From Bacillota bacterium (GTDB lineage: Bacteria; Bacillota; Clostridia; Christensenellales; QALW01): 52,334 nt of DNA. A model generated the notes under the pieces. The model saw only the letters and a list, made by a program, of their open reading frames with translations. It ran no database searches and was not told the origin of the DNA. Positions 17,710 through 25,169 of this stretch are shown piece by piece. Numbering within the stretch: position 1 is the first letter of the stretch; each line of letters opens with the position of its first letter. The translations under genes and the position numbers were made by a program. The stretch is from NCBI GenBank assembly GCA_029007865.1, contig JAQXIQ010000078.1:1-52334 (forward strand). The letters run 5' to 3'.

Positions 17710-19668
17710 TTATTCCTCAACCGGCTCGACATCGTCCAGGATTTCGTCCTCAATGCCGTCCTCCTCGGGCAGCAAAGCCTTGATGCTAAGGCTGATGCGC
17801 TTGTTGGCGGCGTCGCAGTTAAGCACCACGGCATCCACCTCGTCGCCCACCTTGAGAACCTCCTCCACCTTTTTGATGTAGCGGTTCACAATCTCGGATA
17901 TGTGTACCATTCCGTCAATGCCGGGAGCGATGTTGACAAACGCGCCGAAGGAAGCAATACGCACAACGGTGCCGTGCACCACGGTGCCCTGCGCGAATCT
18001 TTCCTCGGCATCCGCCCACGGCTTGGGCAAAAGCTGCTTGCGTCCAAGAGAGATCTGCTCCTTCTCCCTGTTGAGAGAAAGCACTACGACCTCGACTTCA
18101 TCGCCTATGTTCAGGCAGTCGCTTACCTTGCCTATACGGTACCAGGCAATATCTCCGATATGCAGCAGACCGTCATAGCCGCCGATATCCACAAAGGCGC
18201 CGAAATCGGTGATCCTGCGCACAATGCCCTTTACGACATCGCCCTCATGTATATTGCTCCAGAACTTCTCCGCCTTTTCCGCCTGCTCCTTGGCCAAAAC
18301 CGCAGCACGGGAAGCCACTACTCTGCGCTTTTTGGTGTCCACCTCCAGCGCAGTAACGGTAAAGGTTTCGCCGGCAAACTTGGTAAGGTCCTTGACATAG
18401 CCCTTAACGCGGATCTGGGATGCGGGAATAAAGACGTGTATTCCGTCAAGCTCAGCCATAAGCCCGCCCTTTACCGCTTCCTTTACCGTAACTTCAAAGG
18501 GCTCGCCGCTGTTGATCTGACTGAGCATCTTATCCTTGAGCAGGCGCTCCTCAATGGCTTTCTTGGACAGAGTTACGTTGCCGTTGCCGTCGTTGACCTT
18601 TATGATCTCGACCTCTATCTCGTCTCCGGGCTTGACCACCTCTCTGGGGTCGGTGTCGCCATTGATGGTAAGATTCTCTTTGGATATAAAGCCGTCCGAC
18701 TTATATCCTATGTTGACGCCTACCTCGTTTTCGTCAACATAAATGACCGTTCCCTTGATCTGCTGTCCGGGTTTGATTCTGACCAGCGCTTTGCCCATCT
18801 CCTCAATAAAGTCAGAATCCTGTGTCTCGAGCTTATCCTGTTCGCTCATTCTAGTTACAACCTCCTTAATTACCCGGTCGGGCGTGGATGCACCCGCCGA
18901 TATCCCTATGACATTGATATTATTAAAATTGATTTTACCGAGCTCTTCCGAGCTCTCAATCGCATAGGTTCTGTTTTGTTCCTGCTTGCACAGTCTGTAG
19001 AGCTTATTTGTGTTGGAGCTGTTCCTGCCGCCGATGACTATCATGCAGTCGCATTTTCCGGCCAGCTCCTCCGCCTCCTGCTGTCTTGCAGATGTCGCTG
19101 CGCATATTGTATTATGCACTTCTACATTATAACCGCTTTTTGAAAGAAATTCAACGATTATTTGCCACTTTTTTTGATTTGTTGTTGTCTGGGCCACCAA
19201 ACAGATGATTTTTTCGTCCTTTTCCAGCTTTTGTGCCTCTTCAAGGCTGTTGATTACCTCCGCACTGCCCTCGCAGTACCCGTTTATGCCCACAACCTCC
19301 GGGTGCTCGCTCTCCCCGACTATGACTATCCTTTTGCCCTGCGTATATGCCGCCTCAACGGTTCTCTGTATTTTGGCAACGTACGGGCACGTCGCATCTA
19401 TAACGGTAATGCCCCTACCGGCAAGCGTTTCCCTGACCTGCTTTGCACATCCGTGAGAGCGTATCACTACGGCCTCCGTATTGACCTCCTCCGGGCTTGC
19501 CGCTGCCTTTACCCCGAGTTGCTCAAGCTCGGACACAACCTGCGGGTTATGTATTATGGGCCCCAGAGTTGAAAGCGAGGCGTACCGCCCGATACTTTCG
19601 TAAACCATATTGACGGCTCTCCTGACTCCGAAGCAGAAGCCCGCGCTGCGTGCAACCAGTATCTTCAT
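17710..19668 (-). CDS. ispH: Bifunctional 4-hydroxy-3-methylbut-2-enyl diphosphate reductase / ribosomal protein S1-like (four S1 domains)
   Basis: The N-terminus is LytB/IspH (MKILVARSAGFCFGVRRAV, three Cys ligand regions). The C-terminal ~370 aa carry four repeats of the S1 motif (G.V..I..FGAFV). Confidence 0.9.
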   Translation of the reverse strand: MKILVARSAGFCFGVRRAVNMVYESIGRYASLSTLGPIIHNPQVVSELEQLGVKAAASPEEVNTEAVVIRSHGCAKQVRETLAGRGITVIDATCPYVAKIQRTVEAAYTQGKRIVIVGESEHPEVVGINGYCEGSAEVINSLEEAQKLEKDEKIICLVAQTTTNQKKWQIIVEFLSKSGYNVEVHNTICAATSARQQEAEELAGKCDCMIVIGGRNSSNTNKLYRLCKQEQNRTYAIESSEELGKINFNNINVIGISAGASTPDRVIKEVVTRMSEQDKLETQDSDFIEEMGKALVRIKPGQQIKGTVIYVDENEVGVNIGYKSDGFISKENLTINGDTDPREVVKPGDEIEVEIIKVNDGNGNVTLSKKAIEERLLKDKMLSQINSGEPFEVTVKEAVKGGLMAELDGIHVFIPASQIRVKGYVKDLTKFAGETFTVTALEVDTKKRRVVASRAAVLAKEQAEKAEKFWSNIHEGDVVKGIVRRITDFGAFVDIGGYDGLLHIGDIAWYRIGKVSDCLNIGDEVEVVVLSLNREKEQISLGRKQLLPKPWADAEERFAQGTVVHGTVVRIASFGAFVNIAPGIDGMVHISEIVNRYIKKVEEVLKVGDEVDAVVLNCDAANKRISLSIKALLPEEDGIEDEILDDVEPVEE

Positions 19669-20354
19669 GTGTCCCTCTCCGTCTCCGCATCGTTTTTGCC
19701 TGCGGCGTCCCCGCCGTCCGGCGGCATAACCTTTGCCCCGCAGTCTTTATACTTTTCCTTTATCTTTTGAGGCATGATCTCATCCATGGCCGAGTAAAGC
19801 CTGTCGCACAGCTCGTCCAGCAGCCCGGAGTTTACCCGTCTGCCCGCGTATTGCTTCAGTTCTATCGGCTTGCCCACATGCAGCCGGTTTATCCGGAACA
19901 GCAGCGGACGGCGCTCAAAGACGCACGGCACTATGTCTGCGCCCGTTTTAAGCGCTATCAGAGCCACGCCGCTGAGTATGTCCTCCCGCCTGATAAGGGG
20001 ACTGTCCTTCACGCGGGTGCCCTGCGGGAATATGCCCAGCACCTTTTCCTCTCTGAGCACCTTTATGGCATGCTTCAGGGAGTCGATATCGCTTGTGCCG
20101 GTATTGACCGGAAACGCGCCCATTTTCTTAAACAGATACCCCAGTATCCTGTGCCGGAACAGCGTGGCCTTGGCCATAAAGAATATCTGCCGCCTGCAGG
20201 CTATTATCAGGGAGGGAATATCCATATAGGACTGATGGTTGCAGGCTATTATATATTTGCCCTCCCTGTTTATGTTCTCCCTGCCGTAAACCTTTACCGG
20301 CATGATAACGGGAGACAGGATCAGAAATATTCTGCGAATTACTCTGTAAAACAC
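19665..20354 (-). CDS. plsC: 1-acyl-sn-glycerol-3-phosphate acyltransferase
   Basis: The H-x4-D motif (NHQSYMDI) and FPQGTR block are present. A 4-nt overlap links it to ispH. Confidence 0.85.
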   Translation of the reverse strand: MFYRVIRRIFLILSPVIMPVKVYGRENINREGKYIIACNHQSYMDIPSLIIACRRQIFFMAKATLFRHRILGYLFKKMGAFPVNTGTSDIDSLKHAIKVLREEKVLGIFPQGTRVKDSPLIRREDILSGVALIALKTGADIVPCVFERRPLLFRINRLHVGKPIELKQYAGRRVNSGLLDELCDRLYSAMDEIMPQKIKEKYKDCGAKVMPPDGGDAAGKNDAETERDT

Positions 20355-20357
20355 GGT

Positions 20358-21017
20358 CTACTCCTTTATAAAGCTCAGTATATATTGCACCACCGCGTCT
20401 GCGTCCATGCCGGTGCTGTCCACAAGCACGGCGTCCCGGGCGCGCACGAGCGGCGATATCGCTCTGTGGGAATCGTCATAATCCCGTTTTTCAATGTCGG
20501 CAAGCACCTGTTCATAGGGCAGGGGCTCGCCCTTTGCCTCCAGCTCCGCACAGCGCCTGAGCGCCCTTTCCCTTGCCGAAGCCGTAAGAAAGAATTTATA
20601 TTTCGCGTCGGGCAGGACGTGAGTGCCTATGTCCCGTCCGTCCAGCACAAAGCTCTGCGACAGGGCTATCCTGCGCTGCAGGCTTACCAGGTACTCCCGC
20701 ACGCAGGGCACGGCGGAAACCCGGGATGCAAGCGCCGAAACATGGTGCTGCCTTATCTGGGCGCTGACGTCCCTTGAGTTGAGCAGCACCAGCTGCCTGC
20801 CCTCAATATATTTTATCTCAACATTGCAGCCCGGCAGCGCTTTTTGTGCCGTATCCGGGGTTATTTCCAGCCCGTTTTCGTACATATAAAGCCCTACCGC
20901 CCGGTACATGGCTCCGGTGTCAAGATATGCAATGCCCTTGGCCTTTGCCACGGCCTTTGCCGCCGTGCTCTTGCCGGCCCCGGACGGCCCGTCTATGGCC
21001 ACATGATATATGCTCAT
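20358..21017 (-). CDS. cmk: Cytidylate kinase
   Basis: P-loop IDGPSGAGKST; the length and remaining sequence are Cmk-like. Confidence 0.9.
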   Translation of the reverse strand: MSIYHVAIDGPSGAGKSTAAKAVAKAKGIAYLDTGAMYRAVGLYMYENGLEITPDTAQKALPGCNVEIKYIEGRQLVLLNSRDVSAQIRQHHVSALASRVSAVPCVREYLVSLQRRIALSQSFVLDGRDIGTHVLPDAKYKFFLTASARERALRRCAELEAKGEPLPYEQVLADIEKRDYDDSHRAISPLVRARDAVLVDSTGMDADAVVQYILSFIKE

Positions 21018-21070
21018 TTCCGCACTTCTCCTTACCGCTCCGTTTGCTCACCGCTTGATGTCCGCGCCGC

Positions 21071-21181
21071 CTTAGCTTTGCCTTGCGCGCCGCAAAACCG
21101 GTGCCGTCTTAGCTTTGCCCTGCGCGCCGCAAAACCGGTGCCGCCTTATCTTTGCCCTGCGCGCCGCAAAACCGGTGCCGC
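21071..21181. repeat. 37-bp tandem repeat, 3 copies
   Basis: The unit CTTAGCTTTGCCCTGCGCGCCGCAAAACCGGTGCCGC starts at 21071, 21108 and 21145, in the spacer between the HutP-family gene and cmk. Confidence 0.9.
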
Positions 21182-21195
21182 GCCGGGAACCGCCG

Positions 21196-21609
21196 CTATA
21201 TCGCCCGATGTCCCAGACCAATCGCTATATCGTTAAGGTGCAGCAGCCCCACGGCGAAATAAGCCGCCACCGCGATATGTCCGTCCCTGCGCGCGATGCC
21301 TATCTTGCCGCCCACGGACAGCCCCAGCGCTTTTGCGCTTATCTGGCTGAGCGCCTCGTGCGCCGCTCCTGCCACCGCTCCCTCCTGAATATGGCTTTCG
21401 CTTATTATTCCCTCGCGCTTTGCCGCCACCACGGCGCGCTCCACAAACTTGCTCATGGAGGTAATAAACTCGCCTCCGCAGTCCACCGCGGCGGCATAGA
21501 TCTCCTGCTGATTAAGCTGCTGCTTGAGCTGCTTTTCCTCGTCCCTGTCCTGGGTAAGGCTCATAAGCACCGCCGCTCTTGCAATCTCCCTGCTCCCCGT
21601 ATTAGGCAT
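21196..21609 (-). CDS. HutP-family protein (RNA-binding antiterminator-like)
   Basis: RBS GGAGGTG precedes the ATG at 21609. The ~137 aa protein resembles B. subtilis HutP from memory (SHIQEGAVAGAAHEAL..., C-terminal GLGHRAI compared with GVGINHI). Confidence 0.6.
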   Translation of the reverse strand: MPNTGSREIARAAVLMSLTQDRDEEKQLKQQLNQQEIYAAAVDCGGEFITSMSKFVERAVVAAKREGIISESHIQEGAVAGAAHEALSQISAKALGLSVGGKIGIARRDGHIAVAAYFAVGLLHLNDIAIGLGHRAI

Positions 21610-21695
21610 AGCCGTCCACCTCCGTATCATTTTGTTTTATGCTTACGTTTTTTATATTCTTAACGGCGGAGCCGTGACGCTTTTTTTGCGCCGGC

Positions 21696-22943
21696 TCAGT
21701 TTTCCGATATGCCAAACGCATATCTGCCCACGCTCTCTCCGGCGAGAAACCCGCTGGAAAAAGCTATCTGCAGATTGTAGCCTCCGGTAAACGCATCCAC
21801 ATCCAGCATCTCGCCCGCAAAGAAAAGCCTTTTAATCAGCCTTGACTCCATTGTGGAGGAGTTTACCTGGCGCACATCCACGCCGCCACGGGTGATTATG
21901 GCCTCGTTAAAGCCGCGGTAGGAAACCGCATGCACCGGAAAATGCTTCAAAACGCTCACCAGGCTCTCCCTTTCCTTTCTGGAGAGCTGATCCGCCCTTT
22001 TATCCCCATTCGCGCCGGAAAGCCCGATCAGCACCGGCTGAAGGCTGGAGGGCGCCAGCCCGGAGAGCATATTTTTTAATTTGCGTCCGCCGCAGCCGAG
22101 AAAGTCTCTTATCAGCCTGTTGTCCAGCTGCTCCGGGCTCAGCGCCGGTTTCAGGTCGATGTATATATCAAGACCCGCCAGCTCCTCCGGGGCAAGCACG
22201 CTGCTCATGGTCAGGGTCAAGGGCCCGGAAAGCCCGAAATGGGTGCACAGCAGCTCGCCCTGCCGCGAAAACAGCAGTTTTTTGCCCTTCTGCGCGTTCA
22301 GGGAGACATTCTTAAGGGTCAGACCCTGAAGCTGGGGCACATAGCTGTCCGAGGTGTTAAGCGGCACCAGCGCAGGCCTTAATTGCGTTATGCCGTGTCC
22401 GGCCCGCTTTACCATGGCAAGCCCCTGTCCGTCCGACCCGGTCTGCGGGTAGGAGCAGCCGCCCGTGGCCATTATCACGGCGTCCGCGCTTATCCGCCCC
22501 TTGTCCGTGATCACTCCGGTGACTTCGCCGTCCCCGGTCAGCAGCCCGGTGACCTCGGTTCCGGTGCGTATCTCCGCTCCGGCCGCCTCAAGCCCGCGCA
22601 CAAGCGCCCGTATAATGTCGCTGGACTTATCGCTCTGCGGGAATACCCTGCCTCCTCGCTCCGTCTTAAGGGGCACTCCCAGACGCTCCAGCATTTCTTT
22701 AAGCTGCCCCGGCGTAAACCTGTTTACGGCGCTGAATAAAAACTTGGGATTACGCGGCACGTTCTCAAGCAGCTCCGCCGCCGAGCAGTCATTGGTGACG
22801 TTGCACCTGCCCTTGCCGGTAATATAGAGCTTTTTGCCCAGCTTTTCGTTTTTCTCAAGCAGTACCGTCTCCCCGAAAGCCGACGCCCTGAGCGCCGCCA
22901 TCATGCCGGCAGGCCCGCCGCCCACAATGATAGTCTTCATCAC
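21696..22943 (-). CDS. HI0933/BaiN-family FAD-dependent oxidoreductase
   Basis: The N-terminal dinucleotide fold is IIVGGGPAGMMAA. The KGRCNVTN motif and C-terminal GGYNLQ.A.SSG are characteristic of the family. Confidence 0.85.
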   Translation of the reverse strand: MMKTIIVGGGPAGMMAALRASAFGETVLLEKNEKLGKKLYITGKGRCNVTNDCSAAELLENVPRNPKFLFSAVNRFTPGQLKEMLERLGVPLKTERGGRVFPQSDKSSDIIRALVRGLEAAGAEIRTGTEVTGLLTGDGEVTGVITDKGRISADAVIMATGGCSYPQTGSDGQGLAMVKRAGHGITQLRPALVPLNTSDSYVPQLQGLTLKNVSLNAQKGKKLLFSRQGELLCTHFGLSGPLTLTMSSVLAPEELAGLDIYIDLKPALSPEQLDNRLIRDFLGCGGRKLKNMLSGLAPSSLQPVLIGLSGANGDKRADQLSRKERESLVSVLKHFPVHAVSYRGFNEAIITRGGVDVRQVNSSTMESRLIKRLFFAGEMLDVDAFTGGYNLQIAFSSGFLAGESVGRYAFGISEN

Positions 22944-23797
22944 TTTCCGCCCGCATAAACATTATGCTCGATCCATATTTTTTCCAGCTCCGCAAAGCTT
23001 GCGCTTATCTGCTCCTTCTTTTTAAGCCCTATCGCCACTATCATGGCATTGACCAGGGAAAAGGGCGCCACCAGAGAGTCCACAAAGCTGGTCATGTTGC
23101 TCTTGGCGCACAGCGACAGGTCGCAGTGCTCGCACAGCGGAGAGGCGCTGCTGTCGGTAATGGCTATACATTTTGCGCCTCTGGAGGCGGCAAAGCGCAT
23201 ACCCTCGATGGTACGGTTGGAATACCGAGGAAAGCTGATGCCGATAAACACATCATTCTTTGTGATGTGTATGAGCTGCTCGAAAACATCGCTTATGCCG
23301 GAATTGACGGTGCGCACGTTGCGCATCATAAAGTCCAGATAGTACCCCATGAACTGGGAGAGCGGCGCCGCGGAGCGCACTCCCATGATATACACCTTGT
23401 CCGCGCCCAGCACCGCAGAGACGACCTGGTCAAAAACCGCCGGATCCAGCTCGCTGAGGGTGGTGCGTATGTTGTCGACATCTCCCTTGAGCACTTTGGA
23501 GAGCACCTCTTGTTCCTTGAGCTCGCCCGTCATTTCGATAAGCTGCACGGTGGTGAGCTTGTTGCGTATGACCTCCTGTATGGCGCGCTGAAGCTGAGGA
23601 TAGCCGTCGTAGCCCAGACTGTCCGCAAAGCGCACTACGGTGGACTCGCTCACTCCCACCTTGCCGCCCAGCCTGTTGGCCGTCATAAAAGCAGCCTTAT
23701 CGTAGTTCTGCATTATATAATCGGCAATGCGCTTATGCCCCTTGCTCATTTTTTTGTATCTTTCTTCAATTTTTGCAGTAAGCTCGGTCTTTTCCAT
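22940..23797 (-). CDS. MurR/RpiR-family transcriptional regulator
   Basis: An N-terminal HTH_6 domain (HKRIADYIMQNYDKAAFMTANRLGGKVGVSESTVVRFADSLGY) is followed by a SIS domain. Confidence 0.85.
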   Translation of the reverse strand: MEKTELTAKIEERYKKMSKGHKRIADYIMQNYDKAAFMTANRLGGKVGVSESTVVRFADSLGYDGYPQLQRAIQEVIRNKLTTVQLIEMTGELKEQEVLSKVLKGDVDNIRTTLSELDPAVFDQVVSAVLGADKVYIMGVRSAAPLSQFMGYYLDFMMRNVRTVNSGISDVFEQLIHITKNDVFIGISFPRYSNRTIEGMRFAASRGAKCIAITDSSASPLCEHCDLSLCAKSNMTSFVDSLVAPFSLVNAMIVAIGLKKKEQISASFAELEKIWIEHNVYAGGK

Positions 23798-24001
23798 TGC
23801 TGCGCACCCTCCAACCGCGGTTCCGTTTTCTCAAATTACCCGGCAGCGCTCTGCGCCGGGCCTTCCGTCCTGCCATTTAATATCCGGTAAACATTTTAAC
23901 GGCTAAGTGCCGAAAATGCAAGACAAATTTCGGAAAATTTCAGTTTTTATTGCTTGCCGCCCCTTTTTACAGGCAAAAGCGGCTGTTTTTATGCACGGAA
24001 T

Positions 24002-24634
24002 TCATTTTTTCCGATCAAGCCACTGCGGCAGAGCGCAGATATCCTTGAGCACTGGGCCGTATTTTTCCAGCTCCTCCGCCGCCTTGTGTCCTCCTGCCAG
24101 GAATACGGCGTCGGCATTTATGTGCTTTGCCACAAGCGCATCGTGCGGGGTATCCCCCACAAACAGAAAGCCTGCATGCGGATAATCCGCGGCCAGCCTG
24201 CGCGCCAGATGCTCCTTGCCGCTTGCGTGAATATCGTCGGTGCCGTACAGGCGCGCAATGCCGTGCAGGCCGGTCTTGCTTATCTGCCTCTCCAGATGGT
24301 CAAGGCGTGAGGCGGACAGCACGACGCTGACGTATCCCTCGCGGTTAAGCCTGTCCACGGTGTCCTGCGCCCCCGCCCTGAGCCCGCAGGAATCGCTCAG
24401 CGGCTGATATATCGACATATACTCCTCCGCCAACACCTCAAATGGGGTTTTATCAAAATCAAACCCTATGCTCCTGTAATACTGCCGCACCGGAAAGCCG
24501 AACACCTGTCTGTACTCCCCATCACTCAACATCGGCAGCCCGTGCCGTGCCAGCAATGTGTTTATGCTTTTAACGCACACATCAAAATCGTCAAACAATG
24601 TCCCGTTCCAGTCCCAGACGATATGGGTTATCAT
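24002..24634 (-). CDS. HAD-superfamily hydrolase (phosphoglycolate-phosphatase-like)
   Basis: Motif I is VWDWNGTLFDD (Asn replaces the second Asp). Motif III/IV is VGDTPHD. Confidence 0.75.
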   Translation of the reverse strand: MITHIVWDWNGTLFDDFDVCVKSINTLLARHGLPMLSDGEYRQVFGFPVRQYYRSIGFDFDKTPFEVLAEEYMSIYQPLSDSCGLRAGAQDTVDRLNREGYVSVVLSASRLDHLERQISKTGLHGIARLYGTDDIHASGKEHLARRLAADYPHAGFLFVGDTPHDALVAKHINADAVFLAGGHKAAEELEKYGPVLKDICALPQWLDRKK

Positions 24635-24800
24635 CTTTTTTCACCCTTCCCGCAGTCCGCGCATAAGCCGCGCAGGCCGCACCTGCCCTTTTTATCCATT
24701 ATAGCGCACCCAATGCCCGTTTGACCCGTACTGTGCCGTACTTTTCGCGCCCGTCGGTATTTTCTCACACATTTGTCAAAATGGCAAATGCAAAAAACTG

Positions 24801-24828
24801 TTGACAAATCCTTTGCCGCGTATATAAT
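24801..24828 (+). promoter_or_regulatory. Sigma-A promoter of the T-box leader
   Basis: TTGACA (24801-24806), a 16 nt spacer, then TATAAT (24823-24828). Confidence 0.7.
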
Positions 24829-24840
24829 AACACTAAAGGC

Positions 24841-25102
24841 TATGAAGGGGAGCTTAAACATCTCCATGCGCATTCCCAGAGAGCCGCGGCAAGGTGCAAG
24901 CGCGGCAGTGCGATGATGTTTCGGAACGCCCCGGAGCTTCCGACCGAAAGCTTTTTTTGCAAGTAGGCTCGGACGGGCAGCCCGTTACAGCAAAAAGCAT
25001 ACTTGTGCTTAAAGGAGTTCTGTACAAAGGCGTACGGTTCAGTTGGGTGGTACCGCGAGGTTACGGCTTCGTCCCAAGCTAAGGGATGATGCCGCTTTTT
25101 TA
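24841..25102 (+). promoter_or_regulatory. T-box riboswitch leader (tRNA-sensing attenuator)
   Basis: The Stem I AG-bay is AGAGAG (24878-24883). The distal loop carries GGTGCAA (24892-24898). The T-box sequence is AGTTGGGTGGTACCGCG (25041-25057). The terminator pairs GGCTTCGTCCC (25065-25075) with GGGATGATGCC (25083-25093), followed by GCTTTTTT. Confidence 0.85.
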
Positions 25103-25169
25103 TTACCCGGCAAGAGCCTGCGTCTTTTGTTTTTCCGGCACTGCTAAGCACCGAAAGGACGGATACGAC

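Noticed and set aside
21071-21181. 37-bp repeats as canonical HutP (UAG-triplet) binding sites
   Set aside because: The TAG triplets in CTTAGC are on the plus strand, but the HutP-family gene and cmk are transcribed from the minus strand, where the RNA reads GCUAAG.
25086-25169. Upstream ATG (25086) as the aspS start
   Set aside because: That ATG lies inside the 3' arm of the T-box terminator, and the added residues (MMPLFYYPARACVFCF...) are not AspRS-like. The ATG at 25170 gives the canonical MKR...CG.LR N-terminus.
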